DNA of 64,000 bases, from the NCBI GenBank assembly GCA_945877815.1, contig CAMDWJ010000016.1, forward strand, positions 7,516-71,515, given 5' to 3'. A program made the translations under genes and the position numbers. Within the stretch, counting starts at the first letter, position 1; every line of letters starts with the position of its first letter. This document shows, piece by piece, positions 56,158-64,000 of the stretch. The notes under the pieces were generated by a model that was not told where the DNA came from, made no database searches, and saw nothing but the letters and a program-made list of their open reading frames with translations. Source of the stretch: Caenispirillum bisanense (GTDB lineage: Bacteria; Pseudomonadota; Alphaproteobacteria; Rhodospirillales; UBA2165).

Positions 56158-57255
56158 TTATTTGCCCATCACTTCCTTGAAAATCTTCACGACCGCGTCG
56201 ATTTCCTTCGCGCCGTCGTCGGTCGATACCCAAACATATTGTTCGGGCTTGTTGAAATCGGGCTGGTCTGCCTTGTGATCGGGGTGGGGTTCCACGTCTT
56301 TGCGCATGCTGACCGCGCCCGTAAGATTATGCTTCGCCCATTCGCGCACCGCGACGGTTTGGCCGTCTTTGCTGAGAAGCCAGTTCACAAAAACCTTGGT
56401 GGCATCGGGATGGGGTGCGTTCTTGAAGACCGAGAGGCCCCGCGACAGCGTTATCGCCAACTGAGACACCGGCGTGATATTCTTGCAACCACCGTCTTTC
56501 AGGCATGTCGCATAAGACGTGTTCTGCATGCCGAACGCGACGGCAGCGCCGCCCCGCATCAGAGTTGTGTCCAGTTGCTGCGGATTGTCCAGAACCTTGG
56601 GGTCCTGATCTTTCATGAATTGACGGACGAAATCCCCGCCTTTGGCCTTGTAGAGCGGCGCCAAAGCGAAGGCGCCGGAATTGGGCTGGGACGCATCGCG
56701 TGCAACGATCTTTCCTTTTAAGCGGGGATCGAGCAGGGCATCGAGATTGTCGAGTTTCAACTCGGGCACTACATCGATATTGCGATAGAGCGAGAAGCTG
56801 ACCTCGTGCGAATAGGTGAAGACGAATCGGGTCGGATCGCCATAGAGGTAGTCCTTATGGCGCCACTGGTTGACGTCCTTTACCTCGGGCAGCATCAGCA
56901 GAGGTTCGAACGACTGTAACATGCCGGCCGGCGCGGCGACGTTTACCATATTTGCCGTGATTGACCACCACACGTCCCACAGATACTGGCCGTTGTTTTG
57001 TTCGGTCTTCACGCGCGGGAGGATGACGGTCGGCCGCGATACGGTCGATTGGACTTTGATGCCGAATTTCTTCGTGAATTCCTCGACGATGGTGTCGAAA
57101 GCCTTGTTGTCCGAATAAACAACGACCAAGGTTTGACCCTTGGCTTTTTCGACCGTCGCCCTCCAGGCGGCATCGCCGTCTTGAGCGAATCCCGCGCTCA
57201 GACTGAAAGCGAATGCCGCGAGCGCGCTAAGCGCTCCGGTCAGGATTTTCCTCAT
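56158..57255 (-). CDS. ABC substrate-binding protein (array copy 3, 365 aa)
   Basis: Paralog; signal peptide GFA-QD. Confidence 0.88.
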   Translation of the reverse strand: MRKILTGALSALAAFAFSLSAGFAQDGDAAWRATVEKAKGQTLVVVYSDNKAFDTIVEEFTKKFGIKVQSTVSRPTVILPRVKTEQNNGQYLWDVWWSITANMVNVAAPAGMLQSFEPLLMLPEVKDVNQWRHKDYLYGDPTRFVFTYSHEVSFSLYRNIDVVPELKLDNLDALLDPRLKGKIVARDASQPNSGAFALAPLYKAKGGDFVRQFMKDQDPKVLDNPQQLDTTLMRGGAAVAFGMQNTSYATCLKDGGCKNITPVSQLAITLSRGLSVFKNAPHPDATKVFVNWLLSKDGQTVAVREWAKHNLTGAVSMRKDVEPHPDHKADQPDFNKPEQYVWVSTDDGAKEIDAVVKIFKEVMGK

Positions 57256-57272
57256 GCGGAATTCCCCTCGGC

Positions 57273-58364
57273 TTATTTGCCCATTACTTCCTTGAATATC
57301 TTCACGACCGCATCGATCTCCTTCGATCCGTCGTCAGTCGATACCCAGACATACTGATTAGGATTGGAGAAGTCGGGCTGGTTTTCCTTGTGATCCGGAT
57401 GCGGCTCCACGTCCTTGCGCATGCTGACCGCGCCGGTCTGGTTGTACTTCGCCCATTCGGCGACGAGGCGTGTCTGGCCTTCCTTGCTGAGGATCCAGTT
57501 GACGAAGACCTTGGTGGCTTCGGGATTTGGCGCGTTCTTGAAAACGGCGAAGCCACGCGAGACGGCGGTCGACATGTGCGGGATAGGGAAAATATTCTTG
57601 CAGCCGCCATCCTTCAGGCATTGCGAATAGGCAGCGCCCTGCATGCCGAACGCCACGGCCGCGCCGCCGCGGATGATGGTAGTGTCGATCTGCTGCGGAT
57701 TGTCGAGTACGCGAGGGTCCTGCTCCTTCAGCAGCTTGGTCACAAACGCGCCGCCCTTCGCTTTGTAGAGTGGCGATAACGCGAACGAGCCGGCGTTCGG
57801 TGCCGACGCATCGCGCAGGATGACTTTGCCTTTCAACCTCGGATCGAGCAGAGAATCTAATGTATCGAGTTTGAGCTCGGGCACGACATCGCGGTTGCGA
57901 TAGGCCGAGTAGGAAACCTCGTGGCTATAGGTGAAGACGTGTTTGATCGGATCGCCATGCAGATAGTCCTTGTGGCGCCACTGATTTACGTCTTTCACTT
58001 CCGGTAGAACCAGGAACGGATCGAATGGTTGCAGCATTCCGGCAGGCGAAGCGACATTTACCATGTTCGCCGTAATCGCCCACCAGATGTCCCAGAGGTA
58101 CTGGCCGTTCGCTTGTTCGGTTTTGACACGTGGAAGGATGACGGTCGGCCGCGCCGTGGTCGATTCAACCTTGATGCCGGTCTTCTTGGTGAATTCGGCC
58201 AACAATTCATCGACCGCTTTATTCTCCTGATAGACCATCACGAGCTTTTGCGTTTTGGCTTTCTCGATGACGGCCTTCCATTCGGCGTCCTGCGCCTGGA
58301 CTGTTCCGACCGATGCGACGAGCAGTGCGAATACACCGAGAGTCCAATTGAAAATCCGCGACAT
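57273..58364 (-). CDS. ABC substrate-binding protein (array copy 2, 363 aa)
   Basis: Paralog; start moved to MSRIFNW (58364) with GGAGG RBS. Confidence 0.88.
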   Translation of the reverse strand: MSRIFNWTLGVFALLVASVGTVQAQDAEWKAVIEKAKTQKLVMVYQENKAVDELLAEFTKKTGIKVESTTARPTVILPRVKTEQANGQYLWDIWWAITANMVNVASPAGMLQPFDPFLVLPEVKDVNQWRHKDYLHGDPIKHVFTYSHEVSYSAYRNRDVVPELKLDTLDSLLDPRLKGKVILRDASAPNAGSFALSPLYKAKGGAFVTKLLKEQDPRVLDNPQQIDTTIIRGGAAVAFGMQGAAYSQCLKDGGCKNIFPIPHMSTAVSRGFAVFKNAPNPEATKVFVNWILSKEGQTRLVAEWAKYNQTGAVSMRKDVEPHPDHKENQPDFSNPNQYVWVSTDDGSKEIDAVVKIFKEVMGK

Positions 58365-58499
58365 TTGAAACCTCCGTTTCGGCTCTATGGGCCGATCGTG
58401 CCTGTGTGATCCGTTCCCCGATCTCAGGGCCGCCATTGTTGTAAGGAGCATGCATATTGGCCCGGCATGACGAAGCGGCGCAAGTGTTCGTTCGGGCAT

Positions 58500-58535
58500 A
58501 AAAAAAACGCCAAGGACCGGCAAGGGGCCTTGGCG
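58500..58535 (-). terminator. intrinsic terminator after the first binding protein
   Basis: On the minus strand, an 8-bp stem CGCCAAGG/CCTTGGCG followed by an 8-T run. Confidence 0.8.
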
Positions 58536-58554
58536 CCGATCGGTGGGCGGCGGC

Positions 58555-59652
58555 TCAGTGGCCGGTTACGGCCTTGAATATTTTGATCGTCTCGTTGATT
58601 TCCTGGCTGCCTTTTTCGCTCGATACGAAGACATATTTATCCGGCTGAGTGAAATCCGGCAAATACTGCGAGTGACCAGGGGCCGGTTCTACATCCTTGC
58701 GCATACTGACTGCACCTGAGTTGTTGACTTTGGCCCATTCGCGCACGGAAACCTCCTGGCCTTCCTTGGACAGGAACCAATTGAGCCAGACCTTCGTTGC
58801 CTCCGGATTCGGCGGATTTTTCGGCACCGAAAGCCCCCAGGAAATGGCAATGGAGAATTGCTTCAACTCATCGACGCTCTTGCAGCCGCCGTCGCGGCGG
58901 CATTGTTCCCAGATCGATGATTCAAGCCCGATCGAGATCGCCTGGCCGCCACGCGTGATGGCGGTTTCGAGTTGCTGGGGGTTCGCATAGACCTTTACGT
59001 CCTGTTCCTTCAGGAGGCGGGTCAGGAACTCAGGGCCCTTCGCATGATAAAGCGTCGCGAGGGCGAATGTCCCGAAATTCGGAACCGACGCGTCGCGCAT
59101 CGAGATTTTGCCCTTGAGCCGAGGATCGAGGAGGGAGTCCAGGGTGGCGATCTTCAATTCCGGCAGCACCGCCTCGTTGCGGAGGATGGGGAAGCTCAGC
59201 TCATTGAGGTGCGTAAAGACGCGCTTGCCGCTGTCGCCGTAAATGAAATCGGGGTGGCGCCAATTGGCCGCTTCCTTGATCTCGGGAAGGATGAAGTAGT
59301 TTTCCAATGGTTCCAGCATTCCAGCCGGCGCCGCCGAGTTTACCATGTTGGACGTGCCGCCCATCCAAACGTCCCAAACGTATTGACCGTTTTTTTGTTC
59401 GGTCTGCATACGGGTAAGCGTGGCTGAGGGCCGCGAGATGGTGGCTGCGACCTTAATGCCAAATTTTTTCGTGAATTCGGCCAGGATGGCGTCGATGGCA
59501 AGACTTGGTTGCTGGGCGAAGACGAGGCTCTGGCTCTTGGCCTTCTCAACGGTCGCCTTCCATTCCGCTTCCCACGATTGCGCGGACGATACGCTGGGGA
59601 TCGCGGCCGACATCATAAGCGCGCTGCAGATGGCTATGGTTCTGGACAGCAT
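58555..59652 (-). CDS. ABC substrate-binding protein (array copy 1, 365 aa)
   Basis: Most divergent paralog; follows the permease; GGAGGAA RBS. Confidence 0.88.
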   Translation of the reverse strand: MLSRTIAICSALMMSAAIPSVSSAQSWEAEWKATVEKAKSQSLVFAQQPSLAIDAILAEFTKKFGIKVAATISRPSATLTRMQTEQKNGQYVWDVWMGGTSNMVNSAAPAGMLEPLENYFILPEIKEAANWRHPDFIYGDSGKRVFTHLNELSFPILRNEAVLPELKIATLDSLLDPRLKGKISMRDASVPNFGTFALATLYHAKGPEFLTRLLKEQDVKVYANPQQLETAITRGGQAISIGLESSIWEQCRRDGGCKSVDELKQFSIAISWGLSVPKNPPNPEATKVWLNWFLSKEGQEVSVREWAKVNNSGAVSMRKDVEPAPGHSQYLPDFTQPDKYVFVSSEKGSQEINETIKIFKAVTGH

Positions 59653-59703
59653 CGTTTCCTCCGTATTGGCGCGGGGGCGGAACGGTTTTGTCCGAGCCCC
59701 GTT

Positions 59704-61434
59704 TTATTCCGCGCGGCCGAGGCCGGCCTTCAATCCGATATGACGCGCGAGCAATGCCGCGACGATCGTTATCACCATGATCATGATGCCGATCACCGAA
59801 GCGGGCTCGAACAAGCCGCTATCGAGATAGATGAGCTGAACGATGGACAGGGGCTGTGTCGCCCCGGTGCCGAGCAGCGCGACAAGGCCGACAACGGAGA
59901 CGCCGGTCGCGAAGATCTCGAGGCCGATCACGGCGACGGACGGTGCGATCAGTGGCAGCACGACGCGTCGGAACGTATAGAAGCGCGATGCGCCGGCCGC
60001 GGCCGAGGCTTCCTCCAGTTCCGCGCCGAGGCGCATCAGGCTCGTTTTGATGATCTGCGTGCCGAGCGCCAGCGAACCCACGATTACCGCGAGAACGAGG
60101 ACGGCGATCGTTCCGTAGATCGGTCGGAAGATCGGCGTTCCCGCGAACATCTGCAAGAAGCCGAGGCCGAGGACGAGGCCCGGGATGATCGCCGGAAGCC
60201 ACGTGAGGAAATCAAGGAGGCGCCGGCCCCAGAATTTGGTCTTAACGACGATGTACGCGAGCAGGGAATAGACCGCCATGCCGATCAGCGCTGCCGAGAT
60301 CGCAAGCCGCATCGAGTTCCAAAAGGCACGCGGAATGTCGCCGCGGCTGAAGGCATCGACCCAATTGCGCGTCGTCCACGGCTGAGGCAGGTCGAACATA
60401 CCGAACTTCTTCATGAAGCTGCTCACGAGCAGCAGAATGAAGGGAAGGATCGTCATGAAGAACAGCAGCGCGGCGATCACGCCGAACAAGATCCAGCGCC
60501 AGCTTCCCAGATCCATGCTGCGGTTGGAGAACTTGCCCGAGATCGAGGAATGAGCCGATGCGCCGTACCATTGCTGGAGTGCTACCAGTGGCGCGATGAC
60601 GGCCAGGAAGGTCACCGAGAGCGCCGCCGCGATGCCGTGGCCGGGCGGCGTGGCGTTGATCGCCTTGTAGATTGCCGTGGAGTAGACCTCGATGCGAACG
60701 GGGCCACCCAGGATCAATTCGATTTCGAAGGCCTGCATGGAGCGGATCATGCCCAGCATGATGACCACGATGATGGTCGGTGCCATAATCGGCACGACGA
60801 TGTGAAGGAGCGTCTTGAAGATCGGCGCGCCGCAGGTGCGCGCGGCCTCTTCGAGGGCCGCATCCATACCGCGGAAGGCGGGCACCAACAGAAAAACCTT
60901 GATCGCAAGGGTCGAGGTCATGAGGTGGACCCAGATGATGCCCCACCACGAGTAGATCTTGAAGAGGTCGTAATCGATGCCGAACAGCCAGCGCGCGCCG
61001 ATATTGAGCAGGCCGATACTTTCGTCGGCGAGCAGCACCCAGGCGAGCGTGATGGGCAGGGCCGGCATGAACAGCGCAATCCAGAAGCCGACCTCGATCC
61101 AGCCCGCGAAGGGCAGATTGGTGCGCGCAATCAGCCATGCGAGGATCACGCCAAAGATGAGCGAGATGAACTGGCGCCCGACGGCGAGTGTCAGGGTGTT
61201 CTGAATCGCATCGACGAGGCGCGGGCGCGAGAAGATTTCGCGCCAATTGTCGAGCCCCGTCGAGGGATTGAGGGTGAAGGCATTCACCTGGAAGCTCGTT
61301 ATGACCAGCATCAACGCCGGGTAGATCACCAAGAAAGCGACCATCGCCAGGACAATCGTGTAGAAAAGAGATTGTGCGCTGACGCCAGGTTTGTTTATTG
61401 ACCAGGTGCCGCGTTGAAGAACCGCTTCGCTCAT
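59704..61434 (-). CDS. ABC permease, FbpB-type
   Basis: LEEAARTCGA and LEEASAAAGA EAA loops. Confidence 0.9.
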   Translation of the reverse strand: MSEAVLQRGTWSINKPGVSAQSLFYTIVLAMVAFLVIYPALMLVITSFQVNAFTLNPSTGLDNWREIFSRPRLVDAIQNTLTLAVGRQFISLIFGVILAWLIARTNLPFAGWIEVGFWIALFMPALPITLAWVLLADESIGLLNIGARWLFGIDYDLFKIYSWWGIIWVHLMTSTLAIKVFLLVPAFRGMDAALEEAARTCGAPIFKTLLHIVVPIMAPTIIVVIMLGMIRSMQAFEIELILGGPVRIEVYSTAIYKAINATPPGHGIAAALSVTFLAVIAPLVALQQWYGASAHSSISGKFSNRSMDLGSWRWILFGVIAALLFFMTILPFILLLVSSFMKKFGMFDLPQPWTTRNWVDAFSRGDIPRAFWNSMRLAISAALIGMAVYSLLAYIVVKTKFWGRRLLDFLTWLPAIIPGLVLGLGFLQMFAGTPIFRPIYGTIAVLVLAVIVGSLALGTQIIKTSLMRLGAELEEASAAAGASRFYTFRRVVLPLIAPSVAVIGLEIFATGVSVVGLVALLGTGATQPLSIVQLIYLDSGLFEPASVIGIMIMVITIVAALLARHIGLKAGLGRAE

Positions 61435-61440
61435 GTTGTC

Positions 61441-62586
61441 TTACTCGCTGTGCGAATCGGTGGCGGACCGATCCCACAATTGCAGCTTGTTTGGCGGCAA
61501 CGTGAGTCGGACGGGTTGGCCTTCGCGCCAGTCGTACGCCGGCGAAAGGCGTAGCAGAGCCATATGACCACCTGGCAGCTCGATGTCGGCCTCGTAGGTT
61601 TCGCCCATGAAAAGCAATGTGCGAATGGTTGCTTTCAGACTGTTGGTGCCGGCGGCGTTGGTCGTTTCGGCAGGTTCGACGATGATCGATTCAGGGCGCA
61701 CCGAGACAAGGCACTTCTCGTCGATGGCACGCGACGAGGTCCGAATCGGTCCGGCGACGCTGAATACCTGACCGTCTGCGACGCTCACGTCCACGTTCGC
61801 CCCAGTGGTGCCGACGATACGTGCCGGCATCAGGATCGAACGGCCCAGGAAGTCGCGCACGGCCGGCGTACCGGGTTCGGCATATAATTGCTCGGGCGGA
61901 CCGATCTGTTCGATGCGGCCATCCTTCATCACTGCTATGCGGTCGCTGAGCGCGAGCGCCTCGCTCTGGTCGTGCGTGACGAACAGGATGGAGATGCCGA
62001 TACGGCGTTGCAGACGCTTCAGCTCGGCACGCATGTTCTCACGAAGGCGGGCGTCGAGATTGCTGAAGGGCTCGTCCATCAGCAGAACGCTCGGATTGGC
62101 GACCAGGCCGCGCGCCACGGCGACGCGCTGCATCTGTCCGCCCGAAAGTTGCGTCCCGCGACGGTTCTCATAGCCTTTGAGGCCGACCTGATCGAGTGTT
62201 TCCAACACCCGGCGATTGGCTTCGGCCTTGGGCACTTTGCGGTAGCGCAGCGGGTAGGCGACGTTCTCCAACACGCTCATGTGCGGCCAGATGGCATAGG
62301 ATTGGAACACCATGCCCATGCCGCGCTTTTCAGGCTCGACGAAGAGGCGATCGGCCGGACTATCGACGAGCTTGCCCTCGTAGCTCACCCGCCCGCTGGA
62401 CAGCCGTTCCAGCCCAATGGACATGCGTAAGGTCGTCGTCTTGCCGCAACCGGAAGGGCCGAGCAGTGTCAGAATTTCACCGCGCTTCAGCTCGAACGAA
62501 ACGTCATTAACGGCCCGCACCGGGCCGAACATGCGTGAGACGTTCTCAAAAGTCAGGATCGCGTCCTGGGTTTCGTTTTGCGACAT
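61441..62586 (-). CDS. ABC ATP-binding subunit (FbpC type)
   Basis: GPSGCGKT, LSGGQMQR, LLMDEPFSNLD. Confidence 0.93.
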   Translation of the reverse strand: MSQNETQDAILTFENVSRMFGPVRAVNDVSFELKRGEILTLLGPSGCGKTTTLRMSIGLERLSSGRVSYEGKLVDSPADRLFVEPEKRGMGMVFQSYAIWPHMSVLENVAYPLRYRKVPKAEANRRVLETLDQVGLKGYENRRGTQLSGGQMQRVAVARGLVANPSVLLMDEPFSNLDARLRENMRAELKRLQRRIGISILFVTHDQSEALALSDRIAVMKDGRIEQIGPPEQLYAEPGTPAVRDFLGRSILMPARIVGTTGANVDVSVADGQVFSVAGPIRTSSRAIDEKCLVSVRPESIIVEPAETTNAAGTNSLKATIRTLLFMGETYEADIELPGGHMALLRLSPAYDWREGQPVRLTLPPNKLQLWDRSATDSHSE

Positions 62587-62596
62587 GCCTCCCCCG

Positions 62597-62614
62597 TCCT
62601 GATTTCAATCAGGA
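62597..62614. promoter_or_regulatory. 18-bp inverted repeat, candidate operator
   Basis: TCCTGATT-TC-AATCAGGA, perfect 8-bp arms, directly upstream of the RBS of the ATPase gene. Confidence 0.55.
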
Positions 62615-62655
62615 TCAATACAACACCAAACTCTAATATAAAAGAGGGGCCGGCG

Positions 62656-63945
62656 TTACCACTTACAGACTAGATCTTCGGCGTATTGTTCGCGCCAGTC
62701 CTTGCCTGCGGGAACCAGTCCGTCGTGCGGCCGGCATTGGCCATGCGTTTTCGGATCGGTGCCGCGCGGCCGATTGCCTGCCTCGACATCGCGCGTCGCT
62801 TCCAGCAGCAAGTTGCGCATAGAGATGATCGCCTTGTCCGACGAGCCGAGATTCTCTTTGGTCCGATCGCAGATCATCTTTCCATCGGCGCCGCCCATGG
62901 CTTCTTGCAGCGCGAAGTCCTGGGTGTTGACGCCGACAATGCCGGTGAAGTTCGAGGTCTTCTGCATCTGTCGGTCGATCAGGTAATCATTCGACGGATT
63001 CTTTTTCAGAACGAACGTGATCGGGTCCAGATCGTCTTTGCCGCGACCGGCCGACTTTTCCATTTCCTCAACATATTCAGGGCTCAGCGCCGCATTCTGA
63101 TTGGCGCCGACCATCCAGTTGTAGACAAAGGTATGTTCATCGTCGATTGGCACCCAGATATGGCCGTCATGCTTCGGGACACGATTGGAGCGTGAACCCG
63201 GATTGCCTTGGACGTTGGCGCGCATCTGCTGCCCCGGCATGACATATTGATAGACGCGCACATAGGTGCCGTCCTCGTTCGCGTTGCGGTGCGAGACGTA
63301 ATAGAAGCCGTAATCGGTTTTCTCGACGTCGAGGCGAGGGGCGCGGTCGCGTTGGCGGAATTCGAGCTTGTCGCCCAATTTGTTGTTATGCAGGTACGAC
63401 GAATGCGCGGTGTCGAGCCCGCCTTCGAGCGCCTGCAGCCAATTGCAATGTTCGAAGGTCTTGGAAACGTGGCGATGGGTTTCGGGTGCACGCATCCATT
63501 CGTAATTCGGCGGCTCGGGCATCTGATCCTTGGGCCCGAGATAGGCGAAAATGAGGCCGGCTTTCTCAAAGGTCGGGTAAGCGCCGATCTTGATATGATC
63601 CTTCATCTTGCTCGAGGCGGGTTCGGTCGGCACATCGACGCAATTGCCGTCGGCATCGAATTTCCAGCCGTGATAGACGCAGCGCAGGCCGCATTCTTCG
63701 TTGCGCCCGTAGAACATCGGCGCGCGGCGGTGCGGGCAATAGGCCTCGACTAAGCCGACCTTGCCGTTGGTATCGCGGAAGGCTACGAGGTCCTCGCCTA
63801 ATAGCCGGACGCGAACGGGAGCGCCGTCTGGCTCCGGCGCTTCGCTCGACAGCAAGATCGGCTGCCAATATCTACGCATCAACTCGCCCGTGGGCGTGTT
63901 GCGGGAGACTCGGGTCAGGCGGACATTGTCTTCTTGCGACAACAT
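62656..63945 (-). CDS. Rieske oxygenase alpha subunit, phthalate 4,5-dioxygenase-like
   Basis: CPHRRAP...CVYHGW; EGGLDTAHSSYLH; QDFALQE. Confidence 0.9.
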   Translation of the reverse strand: MLSQEDNVRLTRVSRNTPTGELMRRYWQPILLSSEAPEPDGAPVRVRLLGEDLVAFRDTNGKVGLVEAYCPHRRAPMFYGRNEECGLRCVYHGWKFDADGNCVDVPTEPASSKMKDHIKIGAYPTFEKAGLIFAYLGPKDQMPEPPNYEWMRAPETHRHVSKTFEHCNWLQALEGGLDTAHSSYLHNNKLGDKLEFRQRDRAPRLDVEKTDYGFYYVSHRNANEDGTYVRVYQYVMPGQQMRANVQGNPGSRSNRVPKHDGHIWVPIDDEHTFVYNWMVGANQNAALSPEYVEEMEKSAGRGKDDLDPITFVLKKNPSNDYLIDRQMQKTSNFTGIVGVNTQDFALQEAMGGADGKMICDRTKENLGSSDKAIISMRNLLLEATRDVEAGNRPRGTDPKTHGQCRPHDGLVPAGKDWREQYAEDLVCKW

Positions 63946-64000
63946 GATTTGCGTTCCTCGGTGCTAGTGGTTGTACCTGTTCCACGTGCCTAAATGGCAT

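Noticed and set aside
30541-61434. Annotating the three ABC systems as ferric iron transporters
   Set aside because: The fold class matches, but the FbpA Tyr-Tyr ligands are not visible and the context is aromatic oxygenases; the substrate is left unassigned.
1-64000. tRNA, rRNA or integrase-marked island boundaries
   Set aside because: I found no cloverleaf, rRNA-like sequence, integrase or att-type direct repeat by eye, so the catabolic region is not called a mobile island.

Overview
A GC-rich window, probably from an alphaproteobacterium (suggested by the Rhodospirillales-like FliG tail and the short PhoH type; this is inference). It has four parts. (1) 120-2350: an FAD monooxygenase, a decayed IS3-family remnant and an AT-rich spacer with a consensus sigma54 promoter. 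(2) 2352-16610: one uninterrupted 4752-aa Thr-rich protein built almost entirely of an octapeptide (L-[TS]-x-T-Q-[ILV]-x-x). The 8-aa register is conserved at every position checked over 575 units, with higher-order 56-aa and 248-aa periods. It has no signal peptide, and no secretion genes lie in the window. (3) 16.6-27.8 kb: housekeeping and ion genes (greB, BaiN-like flavoprotein, ppk2, phytase-like esterase, PhoH, CorA, cyclic-nucleotide-binding K+ channel), a coupled PEMT-like methyltransferase plus 2OG-Fe(II)-like oxygenase pair, and a 30-codon fliG relic fused out of frame to a truncated lipoprotein. (4) 28.2-64 kb: an aromatic-catabolism region with four Rieske oxygenases, a LigAB-like extradiol dioxygenase, a 3-HAO-like cupin plus RidA, an SDR, and three FbpABC-type ABC cassettes carrying seven binding proteins, five in tandem. 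It is interrupted by a CoxL-like subunit and an envelope block (two glycine-zipper lipoproteins, short ydbH-ynbE-ydbL, TonB-like, Bug). I saw no rRNA, tRNA or CRISPR array. All family assignments come from motif recognition by eye; no database search was run.
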